From positions 152,425 through 170,272 of the forward strand of contig JBAZKF010000002.1 of NCBI GenBank assembly GCA_041650895.1: 17,848 bases of DNA, in the 5' to 3' direction. The first letter of the stretch is position 1. Every line of letters begins with the position of its first letter. The notes below the pieces were generated by a model, which ran no database searches, was not told the origin of the DNA, and saw nothing but the letters and a program-made list of their open reading frames with translations. This DNA is from Patescibacteria group bacterium. GTDB taxonomy: Bacteria; Patescibacteriota; Patescibacteriia; 2-01-FULL-39-33. Shown one piece after another: positions 7,770 to 15,094 of the stretch. Made by a program: the position numbers and the translations under genes.

Positions 7770-9362
7770 ATGACTGATAGCAAAAACAAACGACTTAAAC
7801 CGGTAATACTGATGATTTTGGATGGTTGGGGAGCGGCCCCGCCTTCAAGATCCAATGCCATTACTCTGGCCAAAACGCCGGGGGTGACAGGATTAATAAA
7901 AACTTATCCGGCTTTGACTTTACAGGCCTCGGGCGAAGCCGTGGGCTTGTCTTGGGGGGAAATTGGCAACTCTGAAGTCGGGCATCTTAATTTGGGCTCG
8001 GGCAAGCTGGTTTACCAGAATTTGCCGCGCATTAATAAATCCATTTCTGACGGCGCCTTTTTTGAGAATGAAAAGTTTATCAATGCCATAAAACACGCTA
8101 AGAAAAACAAAGGCAAAGTTCATTTGCTGGGGTTGATTTCTTCGGGCGGCGTGCACAGCCATATTGATCATTTATTCGCTTTGTTGGAGCTGTGTCAGAA
8201 AGAAAAATTCCGCGAGGTATATATTCATGGCGTTTTGGACGGCCGTGACATGCCCTATAATTCCGGCATTGATTTTGTGGAAAAAATAAAAAACAAATCC
8301 GAGGAATTGGGTGTCGGCCGCATTGCCACTCTGTCCGGCCGGTTTTATGCTATGGATCGCGACAATCATTGGGAGCGCATCGTTCTGGCTTATAACGCCA
8401 TGGTCAAAGGTGAAGCCACGGAAAGATTCAGTGATCCGAGCGAGGCGGTCAGCGCTTCTTACGATAAAAAGATCTATGATGAGGAATTTGTGCCGGTAGT
8501 GATCGAAGATGGCGGCCGGCCTGTGGCCACCATCGCCCCCGGCGATGCCGTGATATTTTTTAATTTTCGCGCGGATCGCGCTCGAGAGATTTCCAAAGCG
8601 TTCGTTTTGCCCGGTTTTGAAAAGTTTGAACGGCAATATTTGAAAGATTTATATTTCGTGGCTATGACCGAATACGAGAAGGATGTCCCGATGGAAGTCG
8701 CTTTTCCTCCTGAAACCATTAAAGATCCGTTGGCTAAGGTTATAGCCGATGCCGGCCTAACTCAATTGCATATCGCGGAGACGGAGAAATACGCCCACGT
8801 CACTTTTTTCTTTAATGGCGGTACCGAGCAGGAATTTACCGGTGAAGACAGGGTGTTGGTGCCGTCGCCACGCGTGTCTTCTTATGCGGAGAAGCCGGAA
8901 ATGTCAGCCAAGGAAGTGACGCAGAAAACCATCGACGCTATTATGGCTGATAAGTATGATTTTATTGTGTTGAATTTTGCCAATTGTGATATGGTCGGCC
9001 ATACTGGAGACTTAAAAGCCACAATCAAAGCCGTGGAAGCAGTGGACAGTTGCGTCAAAAAAATCACAGAAGTGGTTTTGGCCAAAGGCGGAGCGGCCTT
9101 AATTACCGCTGATCATGGCAATGCCGAGGAGTTGCTCAATTTACAATCAGGCGAAATAGACAAGGAACACAGCACTTATCCGGTACCGCTTATTATCGTC
9201 GGCAAGGAATGGGAGGGTAAGAACGCCGGTTTTCCGGAAGTGCCTGGCGGTGATCTATCTTTGGTTCAGCCGGCTGGCATACTGTCCGATGTGGCACCGA
9301 CGATTATCAAGATTATGGGGCTCGAACAGCCGGCGGAAATGACCGGTAAACCGTTGATTTAA
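7770..9362 (+). CDS. gpmI: 2,3-bisphosphoglycerate-independent phosphoglycerate mutase (iPGM), paralog 2 (canonical)
   Basis: ILDGWG, GNSEVGHLNLGSG, SSGGVHSHIDHL, DGRD, GRFYAMDRD, FNFRADRARE, EKYAHVTFFFNGG, DMVGHTGD and ITADHGN. Starts 3 nt after paralog 1. Confidence 0.9.
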   Translation: MTDSKNKRLKPVILMILDGWGAAPPSRSNAITLAKTPGVTGLIKTYPALTLQASGEAVGLSWGEIGNSEVGHLNLGSGKLVYQNLPRINKSISDGAFFENEKFINAIKHAKKNKGKVHLLGLISSGGVHSHIDHLFALLELCQKEKFREVYIHGVLDGRDMPYNSGIDFVEKIKNKSEELGVGRIATLSGRFYAMDRDNHWERIVLAYNAMVKGEATERFSDPSEAVSASYDKKIYDEEFVPVVIEDGGRPVATIAPGDAVIFFNFRADRAREISKAFVLPGFEKFERQYLKDLYFVAMTEYEKDVPMEVAFPPETIKDPLAKVIADAGLTQLHIAETEKYAHVTFFFNGGTEQEFTGEDRVLVPSPRVSSYAEKPEMSAKEVTQKTIDAIMADKYDFIVLNFANCDMVGHTGDLKATIKAVEAVDSCVKKITEVVLAKGGAALITADHGNAEELLNLQSGEIDKEHSTYPVPLIIVGKEWEGKNAGFPEVPGGDLSLVQPAGILSDVAPTIIKIMGLEQPAEMTGKPLI

Positions 9363-9388
9363 TTTATAATTTAAAATTATTCAATACT

Positions 9389-11041
9389 ATGTTAAAAATT
9401 TTCAAGAAAAAACGCTTTTGGGTAATTCTAGTAATTATCCTGGCAGTGGTCGGATTTGGAATCTATAAATTATTAACGCCTAAATCGGCAGTGGAATATA
9501 CCACCGAAGCGGTTAAGCGCGGCCAACTGACTCAAACGGTGACGGCTACCGGCCAAGTTGAGTCGGCGCATGAGATAACTTTGAATTTTAAGACGCCGGG
9601 TAAAATAACTTACATAGGAGTCAAAGAAGGCGATGATGTTAAGGCCGGGCAGGATTTGGCGCGAATTGATTCCGGTTCCATTGCCGCTTTAATCAAGCAG
9701 TATCAGGCTAACCTGGCCTCAGCTCAAGCTAACCTGGAAAAGGTTAAAGCCGGCGCTTCCGCTGAAGATATTAATCTGACTCAGGAACAGCTGATTAAAG
9801 CGCAAAATGACTATAACAATCTGGTTCGTGAATCGGAAACGCAGGTTGAAATATTGAAGGATAAGACAGTTAATAATCTTAATAACGCTATTTTTACTTC
9901 ACAAACAGCATTAAATACTGTTTTTGGCGATTTGATTAGTACCGAAACCACTGTTTATATGTTGGTGATGGATGCTAGTCTGCAGAGCCAAGTTAAAAGC
10001 GATTATAGCGTTTTAAAGAATGGACTTTCGGTTCTGCGCGATGAAGTGATAGCGGCGCAGAAGTCCGATGATCAACAATTTATTATCAGGGCCAGCGATG
10101 ATGTAAAGAACTTTCTTAGCCAGCTTAACAGTTACTTGGATTCCAGTTTTAATTTAGCGGATAAAATTATCATTAATACTACCTACACCCAAACCAAAAA
10201 AGATACGATTAAGTCAGATATTTCTACGCAACAAACCTCCAACAATACTTCGCTTACGGCTGTGCAAACCGCCCGTGCCAATATTATCAATACGGCCGAT
10301 TCTTATCAGTCGCAGATTTTGGCGGCGGCTAACGCCGTTTCCATTGCGCAAGCGTCTTTGGATTTAAAGAAGGCCGGACCGCGCAGCTTTGAGCTGGCTT
10401 CGGCCGAGGCCGCGGTGGCCCAAGCCCAAGCGTCACTGGACAAGACCAGGGCTGATGCCGATGATTATGTTATCCGCGCGCCGATTGACGGCAAAATCAC
10501 CAAAGTTAATTATTCCATGGGTGAGACTACGGCGGCAGGCGGGGTGGCGATCGCTATGTTGTCTAATGAACGCTATGAGATTAAGGTTGATATTCCGGAA
10601 TCGGATATTATTAAATTGGCTGTGGGGGAGAAAGTGGCGATTGATCTGGACGCTTTTGGTAGCGATCATCCATTCTCTGGCGCCGTAACTTTTATTGACC
10701 CGGCGCAAACAATTATTAAGGATGTGACTTATTACAAAACTACCGTTACCTTCAACCAGGATTCTTGGAGTGATCAGATTAAGCCTGGTATGACCGCCAA
10801 TATTACCATTATTGCGGCGGAAAAAGACGGCGCTTTATATATTCCGCAACGCGCGGTCAAGATCAGAGAAACGACTTTAGGCGAAGTACCGAAGAAATAC
10901 GTGGAAATCCTGGTTAATAGCCAACCGCAGGAGCGTGATGTGGAAATCGGTTTGCGCGGCGACAATGGCTTGGTAGAAATCATTTCCGGCCTGGCTGAAG
11001 GCGAACAAGTGGTGACTTATAAAAAAGATTCCACTAAATAG
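9389..11041 (+). CDS. HlyD-family periplasmic adaptor (MacA/YknX-like efflux membrane-fusion protein) with extended coiled-coil
   Basis: N-terminal TM anchor, the biotinyl/lipoyl-like motif (VKEGDDVKAGQDLARIDS), a long Ala/Gln-rich coiled-coil region, and beta-barrel C-terminal motifs. At 550 aa it is longer than typical MacA. It is followed by MacB-type ATPase and permease genes. Confidence 0.8.
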   Translation: MLKIFKKKRFWVILVIILAVVGFGIYKLLTPKSAVEYTTEAVKRGQLTQTVTATGQVESAHEITLNFKTPGKITYIGVKEGDDVKAGQDLARIDSGSIAALIKQYQANLASAQANLEKVKAGASAEDINLTQEQLIKAQNDYNNLVRESETQVEILKDKTVNNLNNAIFTSQTALNTVFGDLISTETTVYMLVMDASLQSQVKSDYSVLKNGLSVLRDEVIAAQKSDDQQFIIRASDDVKNFLSQLNSYLDSSFNLADKIIINTTYTQTKKDTIKSDISTQQTSNNTSLTAVQTARANIINTADSYQSQILAAANAVSIAQASLDLKKAGPRSFELASAEAAVAQAQASLDKTRADADDYVIRAPIDGKITKVNYSMGETTAAGGVAIAMLSNERYEIKVDIPESDIIKLAVGEKVAIDLDAFGSDHPFSGAVTFIDPAQTIIKDVTYYKTTVTFNQDSWSDQIKPGMTANITIIAAEKDGALYIPQRAVKIRETTLGEVPKKYVEILVNSQPQERDVEIGLRGDNGLVEIISGLAEGEQVVTYKKDSTK

Positions 11042-11075
11042 CGCGGACGGCGGCTATTGAAGATAAATATAAAAT

Positions 11076-11798
11076 ATGACTGAGAAATTAATAGAAGTTA
11101 AGGATTTAAAAAAAGACTACGTTAATGACGAGGTGGTAACGTCAGTGCTTCATGGCGTAAGTTTCGATATTCATCAGGGGGAATTCGTGGCCATCATGGG
11201 GCCGTCCGGTTCGGGTAAATCCACCTTGATGCATATCTTGGGATTTTTGGATAATCTGACTTCCGGCCGTTTTATTTTTAAAGGGCGTGATGTCAGTAAT
11301 TTGGAGGAAGATGAGCTGGCGCGCATTAGAAATGAGGAAGTCGGGTTTGTCTTTCAAGCCTTTCATTTGTTGCCCAAGACTTCGGTGTACAATAATGTCA
11401 GATTGCCCTTGCTTTACGGTACAGCTAAGAATATTGATGAATTGGTCAAATCGGCGATTCGGGCCGTCGGCTTAGAACACCGTACTAATAATTTTTCCAA
11501 TCAGCTCTCCGGCGGAGAAAAACAAAGAGTGGCTATTGCCCGCGCCCTGGTCAATAATCCGTCAATTATTTTTGCCGATGAGCCGACCGGCAACTTGGAT
11601 AGTAAATCGGGCAATGCTATTATGGAGATTCTGGAAGATTTAAACGACGCCGGCCATACGATTATCCTGGTTACCCACGAAACCGATACGGCCAAACATG
11701 CTAAGCGCATCATCAAAATAGTGGATGGCCTGATTGCCGAAGATTACAATGTCGCTGATCGCCGCAGCGCCAAGAATGGCGGACAGCTGATGAAATAA
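11076..11798 (+). CDS. ABC transporter ATP-binding protein (MacB/LolD/YknY-type)
   Basis: Walker A GPSGSGKST, ABC signature LSGGEKQRVAIARAL, Walker B IIFADEPTGNLD, H-loop THE. Confidence 0.9.
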   Translation: MTEKLIEVKDLKKDYVNDEVVTSVLHGVSFDIHQGEFVAIMGPSGSGKSTLMHILGFLDNLTSGRFIFKGRDVSNLEEDELARIRNEEVGFVFQAFHLLPKTSVYNNVRLPLLYGTAKNIDELVKSAIRAVGLEHRTNNFSNQLSGGEKQRVAIARALVNNPSIIFADEPTGNLDSKSGNAIMEILEDLNDAGHTIILVTHETDTAKHAKRIIKIVDGLIAEDYNVADRRSAKNGGQLMK

Positions 11799-11799
11799 C

Positions 11800-13035
11800 A
11801 TGCGATTTACCGAAACTGTAAAATTATCATTTTCTGTTTTGCGCACCAATCGGACGCGCAGTTTTTTGACTTCGCTGGGGATTATTATCGGCATTGCCGC
11901 TGTCATCGTGATTATTTCTGCCGGTGCCGGTGCGCAATCGCTCATCGTTAATCAATTCAATGCTATTGGCACCAATTTGATTGGCATTCTGCCCGGTGCC
12001 AGCGACGAGAACGGCCCGCCTGCTTCGGCTTTTGGCATTATTCTACAGACGCTTAAATATGAAGACGCTCAGGCTATTGTGCAAATAGTATCGCATGTTA
12101 CTGCTGTCTCCTCTTATAATACCGGCGTAGCTACGGCGTCTTACCAGAGTTCCAAAACAGATATCACTTATTACGGTGTTATGCCTGACTATCTACTGGT
12201 TGAGGAAACGGAAGTGGAGAAGGGGAGATTTTTCGGCGATGACGAGGATCGGGGAAGCTCCAAAGTTGCCGTGTTGGGCTGGCAGGTGGCGCAGGATCTG
12301 TTCGACGGTCAGGAAGCTGTCGGCCGCAAGATGAAAATCGGCAAAGAATCTTTTGAAGTGATCGGGGTGATGCGTAAACGCGGCGTCTCCGGTTTTCAAA
12401 ATAACGATAGTATTATTCTGATTCCGGCACAGACCGCGCAAAAGATAATGCTGGGCGTACGCCATGTTAATTTTATTCGCGCCAAAGTGGATCAGCAAGA
12501 GAATTTGTCGCAAGTAGTGGAGGATATTCGCTTTTTGTTGCGTGATCGCCATAACTTATTAGAATCAAAGGTTGACGATTTCAATATCCGCAACACGGCC
12601 GACGCTATTAAGACGCTGACTTCCATTACTGACGTGCTGAAGTTTTTTTTGGCCGCAATCGCCAGTATTTCTTTGTTAGTCGGCGGTGTGGGCGTAATGA
12701 ACATTATGTTGGCCTCGGTTAATGAGCGTGTCCGCGAAATCGGCTTGCGCAAAGCTGTCGGCGCCAAGTCCAATGATATTATGGTTCAGTTTTTGGCCGA
12801 GTCGGTTACTGTTACTTTAGCCGGAGGCGTTATTGGCATTATTATCGGTTCGTTGATTTCCGCCTTAGTCGCCGTAGTTGCCAAATATTTGGGTTATGAT
12901 TGGGATTTAGTAGTTTCTCCGCTGTCAATATTCATGGGTTTTGGCGTAGCTTTTATTGTCGGTTTAATTTTTGGCATTTACCCGGCTCAGCGTGCGGCCA
13001 AACTCAACTCCATTGAGGCGCTAAGATGGGAGTAA
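11800..13035 (+). CDS. ABC transporter permease, FtsX/MacB family (YknZ-like)
   Basis: N-terminal TM helix, a large extracytoplasmic domain, then three C-terminal TM helices with the FtsX-like core. Its start is 1 nt after the ATPase stop. Confidence 0.85.
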   Translation: MRFTETVKLSFSVLRTNRTRSFLTSLGIIIGIAAVIVIISAGAGAQSLIVNQFNAIGTNLIGILPGASDENGPPASAFGIILQTLKYEDAQAIVQIVSHVTAVSSYNTGVATASYQSSKTDITYYGVMPDYLLVEETEVEKGRFFGDDEDRGSSKVAVLGWQVAQDLFDGQEAVGRKMKIGKESFEVIGVMRKRGVSGFQNNDSIILIPAQTAQKIMLGVRHVNFIRAKVDQQENLSQVVEDIRFLLRDRHNLLESKVDDFNIRNTADAIKTLTSITDVLKFFLAAIASISLLVGGVGVMNIMLASVNERVREIGLRKAVGAKSNDIMVQFLAESVTVTLAGGVIGIIIGSLISALVAVVAKYLGYDWDLVVSPLSIFMGFGVAFIVGLIFGIYPAQRAAKLNSIEALRWE

Positions 13036-13077
13036 TAAGTTTTATTATTAGTCATTAATTATTAATTATTAGTTAAC

Positions 13078-13108
13078 AAATCGCTTATTTTGGGGCGATT
13101 TTTTTATT
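13078..13108 (+). terminator. Rho-independent terminator after the efflux operon
   Basis: Stem AAATCGC / GCGATTT with a 10-nt loop, followed by a run of 8 or more T. Confidence 0.5.
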
Positions 13109-13168
13109 TTATTTTGTCTAATTTTAGTCATTTATTTATAATTAAATCAAAAATAGGGGATAAAACAC

Positions 13169-13197
13169 TTGACAAAATATTTAAGGTGTGATATAAT
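13169..13197 (+). promoter_or_regulatory. near-consensus sigma70 promoter with extended -10 (TTGACA-17-TGaTATAAT)
   Basis: TTGACA at 13169-13174, a 17-nt spacer, TGATATAAT at 13189-13197. Predicted start site about 13204. It drives the GC-rich island. Confidence 0.65.
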
Positions 13198-13203
13198 AGT
13201 TTA

Positions 13204-13870
13204 TTCAAGATAGTGGTTGTGGATAACTGAACAAAATTCAATTATTGACAATATTATCTTGTGGCAGCTTAAAAGCTGTTTTAAGAGAACCTTCGGGTTC
13301 TTTGTCAGGGCGTCAGGCGGCTTATGTCGTGTGTCGCCCTTGACAAAGGTTCCGAATAATGGAACTCTGAATGTTAATTAAAAAAATATTCGCGGCAGCT
13401 TGTCGCCGCGTCGATATGATTAAGGCGTATGCTTGTCCGCCTAAATCCGATCCAAGGTCTAAAGCCGAGGATCTTAGGAGGAGATTAAGCTGAAGAGGGG
13501 GCCTGGCTTGAAATTATATATTCGCCAATCGCCTTAATTCACTTCTTCAAGTCTTGATTATATCGATGCGGTAGCAATGTCTGGCCGTCTAAGCAGGCGG
13601 GCAAACGCGCGCTGCAAGTACTTTCGAAGGAAGATTTTCCCCACCGCGTCGGGCTTTTATCCCGCCGGATCGGTAGACCTCCTCCTTTCCCCGGGGAGGC
13701 GTTATGTAGCGATACATGCGCCTCCCCCACACGCCTCAGACAGTATGGTTCGAGAGCATATAATCAAATCCTCACAAAGGAAGCTTGGTTTTACGCTTAC
13801 GGCCGGGGTACTGTTTGAGGCGTGTGTTGCAAAAAAGCATTTTTCATTTTACGTTACGAGTAATCTCGTG
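13204..13870 (+). ncRNA. candidate large structured non-coding RNA / structured 5' leader (class unknown), GC-rich
   Basis: No ORF with a plausible translation start. Many GC-rich helices are readable directly: GAACC-UUCG-GGUUC (UUCG tetraloop); CTTTGTCAGGGCG...CGCCCTTGACAAAG long-range helix; CGCGGC...GCCGCG; GGGGAGGCG-[AUGUA-GCGA-UACAU]-CGCCUCCCC (nested GNRA hairpin); CACACGCCTCA...TGAGGCGTGTG (an 11-bp helix enclosing about 65 nt). By eye the GC content is roughly 55-60%, against about 40-45% in the flanking genes. Confidence 0.4.
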
Positions 13871-13880
13871 AAGGAGGCCT

Positions 13881-14078
13881 ATGATAGTACAATGTTGCGT
13901 TTGTCGTAGGGTGCGTTTGTCTGGCGTGTCTGGCGTCTCTTGGGCGGAGCAAGCCATACCACCCGGTGAGGATGTTTCCCATGGCTACTGCCCGGAATGC
14001 GCCGCAAAAGCGTATGAGGGCATGGAGAGGGAATTGACCAACCGGCACCAAAGGAGCCCGACTGATGGCAAAGGGTAA
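13881..14078 (+). CDS. small 4-Cys zinc-ribbon protein (65 aa), paralog 1
   Basis: AAGGAGG sits 3-4 nt upstream of the ATG. Pattern CxxC-x12-W-x15-YCPEC-x4-AY. Low-complexity repeats occur in the N-terminal part, which lowers confidence. Confidence 0.45.
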   Translation: MIVQCCVCRRVRLSGVSGVSWAEQAIPPGEDVSHGYCPECAAKAYEGMERELTNRHQRSPTDGKG

Positions 14079-14253
14079 GTGCCCGGCTTGTTTTAAAATC
14101 GAAGTGGCGCCGGGGCAGTGGAAAAACACCGCCTTACCGGTCAAAGAAGAAACATTGCCCAAATACTGTCCGAGATGTAGCGAGCATAACGCTTATGTCC
14201 GGGAGAGCATTCGGGTATCCAAGGAGTTGGCGGGCGGCGCGTCGGGAAAATAG
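14065..14253 (+). CDS. small 4-Cys zinc-ribbon protein (62 aa), paralog 2, translationally coupled to paralog 1
   Basis: AAGGAG sits 8 nt upstream of the ATG. The start overlaps the end of paralog 1 (ATGGCAAAGGGTAA). Pattern CPAC-x9-W-x15-YCPRC-x4-AY has the same W-to-YCPxC spacing as paralog 1. Confidence 0.5.
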   Translation: MAKGKCPACFKIEVAPGQWKNTALPVKEETLPKYCPRCSEHNAYVRESIRVSKELAGGASGK

Positions 14254-14265
14254 AACATTCTGTTA

Positions 14266-14303
14266 GGAGGAAGCCGCGCGGCTTCCTCCTTTAAAATTGA
14301 TTT
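14266..14303 (+). terminator. strong GC-rich Rho-independent terminator ending the GC-rich island
   Basis: AGGAGGAAGCCGC|GCGGCTTCCTCCT is a perfect 13-nt inverted repeat (14266-14291), followed by TTTAAAATTGATTTTGATTT. Confidence 0.65.
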
Positions 14304-14412
14304 TGATTTATCCACAGCCAAGCTCTTGACACTGTATTGTTTTTATAAAAATTTAATATATAATTTTATATTAAGGGATGACATTAAGCATCAGGCATTT
14401 TCAATCGCACTT

Positions 14413-14450
14413 TCCTAAAAATTTTTTTAGGATCACACTCAAGTGTGATT
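14413..14450. repeat. two adjacent hairpins: AT-palindrome TCCTAAAAA-TT-TTTTTAGGA and ATCACAC-TCAA-GTGTGAT
   Basis: Read directly from the sequence. A GC terminator follows. Confidence 0.6.
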
Positions 14451-14476
14451 TCGAAAATTCCCGTTGCGTCTTCTCC

Positions 14477-14510
14477 GAGTCCCGCCCATGTGGCGGGACT
14501 TTTAATTGGC
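14477..14510 (+). terminator. Rho-independent terminator (GAGTCCCGCC-loop-GGCGGGACTT + TTTT)
   Basis: 8-10 bp GC stem 14477-14500 followed by TTTTAATTGG. Together with the two upstream hairpins this may define a short structured transcript. Confidence 0.55.
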
Positions 14511-14535
14511 TGATTTTGTTAATTGGTGTTATAAT
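14506..14535 (+). promoter_or_regulatory. putative promoter with extended -10 (TGTTATAAT) for the small membrane protein gene
   Basis: TGTTATAAT at 14527-14535, weak -35 TTGGCT at 14506-14511, ATG at 14557. Confidence 0.4.
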
Positions 14536-14556
14536 TTAATCAGGTAATCAAATCAT

Positions 14557-14934
14557 ATGTCACTCAAACAACTAATTATCATCGTCAGTATCGCCACTCT
14601 ACTTTGCTGGGCCAGTTGGTTGCTAGTTATCTTTGAAGTGGATCCGACAACCGCCGGCTTTTACGGCCTACTGATTTTTTATGCCAGCATGTTTTTGTCT
14701 TTGCTTGGTTTGTTTTTCCTGATCAGTTTCGGCTTTCGCAAATTATTCAATAAGCTGGAAATGGAATACAAGCTGGTGGGCATGTCTTTCCGCCAATCAT
14801 TTTTCTTCTCCTTGGCCGTCGTGGGATTCTTTTTCCTGCAGAGCAAGGATTTATTGACTTGGTGGAACAGCATTTTGCTGGTTTTGGCTCTGGTGATTTT
14901 GGAATTTTTCTTTTTGAGTTATCGGAAGAAATAG
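14557..14934 (+). CDS. small integral membrane protein (125 aa, about 4 TM helices), unknown function
   Basis: Four hydrophobic segments. Bracketed by its own promoter and a strong terminator. No recognisable motif. I checked for CrcB-like sequence and found none. Confidence 0.55.
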   Translation: MSLKQLIIIVSIATLLCWASWLLVIFEVDPTTAGFYGLLIFYASMFLSLLGLFFLISFGFRKLFNKLEMEYKLVGMSFRQSFFFSLAVVGFFFLQSKDLLTWWNSILLVLALVILEFFFLSYRKK

Positions 14935-14944
14935 TATAGCGTTA

Positions 14945-14975
14945 GCCGTCCCGTTGGTCGGGGCGGTTTTTTTAT
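14945..14975 (+). terminator. Rho-independent terminator (GCCGTCCCG-TTGGT-CGGGGCGG + TTTTTTT)
   Basis: 8-bp GC stem, 5-nt loop, 7-T run immediately downstream of the stop at 14934. Confidence 0.7.
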
Positions 14976-15025
14976 TATTTTTTTCTCCTTTAGGAAGAAG
15001 AAGATTAAGAGGGGCTTATTTTCAT

Positions 15026-15094
15026 GATACTTTTCTCTAGAGAAAAGTATCACCAAAGAGTCGCGAGCGAATAAAATCATGGCTAGATTTTTTA
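15026..15094. repeat. repeated intergenic element, copy 1: 26-bp perfect palindrome GATACTTTTCTC-TA-GAGAAAAGTATC + AGTCGCGA + hairpin AAAATC-ATGGCTA-GATTTT
   Basis: Palindrome at 15026-15051 (centre TCTAGA). AGTCGCGA at 15059-15066. Hairpin at 15073-15091. The element aligns over about 60 nt with 16542-16606. Confidence 0.7.

Noticed and set aside
13044-13070. ATTAATT ATTAATT ATTAGTT short tandem repeat after the macB-like gene.
   Set aside because: Trivial AT-rich low-complexity sequence in an intergenic spacer. No evidence of function.
13204-13870. I tested whether the structured region is RNase P RNA, tmRNA, SRP RNA or a group I/II intron.
   Set aside because: No P4 strands (GGAAAGUCCGG / ACAGAA-CCGGCUUA) or AGGGUGAAA. 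No tRNA-like TpsiC arm with CCA end and no plausible tag frame. A short ...VAA-stop frame at about 13255-13276 lacks the surrounding tmRNA architecture. No SRP domain-IV AGGUCAGG/AGCAGCC motifs. No domain-V-like hairpin or intron-encoded protein. A weak resemblance of 13663-13690 (GGATCGGTAGACCTCCTCCTTT) to a 16S 3' end is most likely coincidental.
13577-13909. 110-aa + strand ORF, plus the 63-aa minus-strand ORF 13539-13730, inside the GC-rich structured region.
   Set aside because: No ribosome-binding site. The translation is low-complexity Arg/Pro/Ser-rich. The region is better explained by stable RNA helices, since GC-rich sequence yields long spurious ORFs.
13854-14162. 102-aa minus-strand ORF antisense to the two zinc-ribbon mini-ORFs.
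   Set aside because: It overlaps two + strand ORFs that have strong SDs and paralogous Cys patterns. It has no SD or motif of its own.
14290-14556. Fluoride (crcB) riboswitch or T-box upstream of the 125-aa membrane protein or pheS.
   Set aside because: No GGCGAUGG...CCGCC fluoride-riboswitch core and no T-box AGGGUGGNACCGCG sequence. The membrane protein lacks the CrcB TTFSTF signature.
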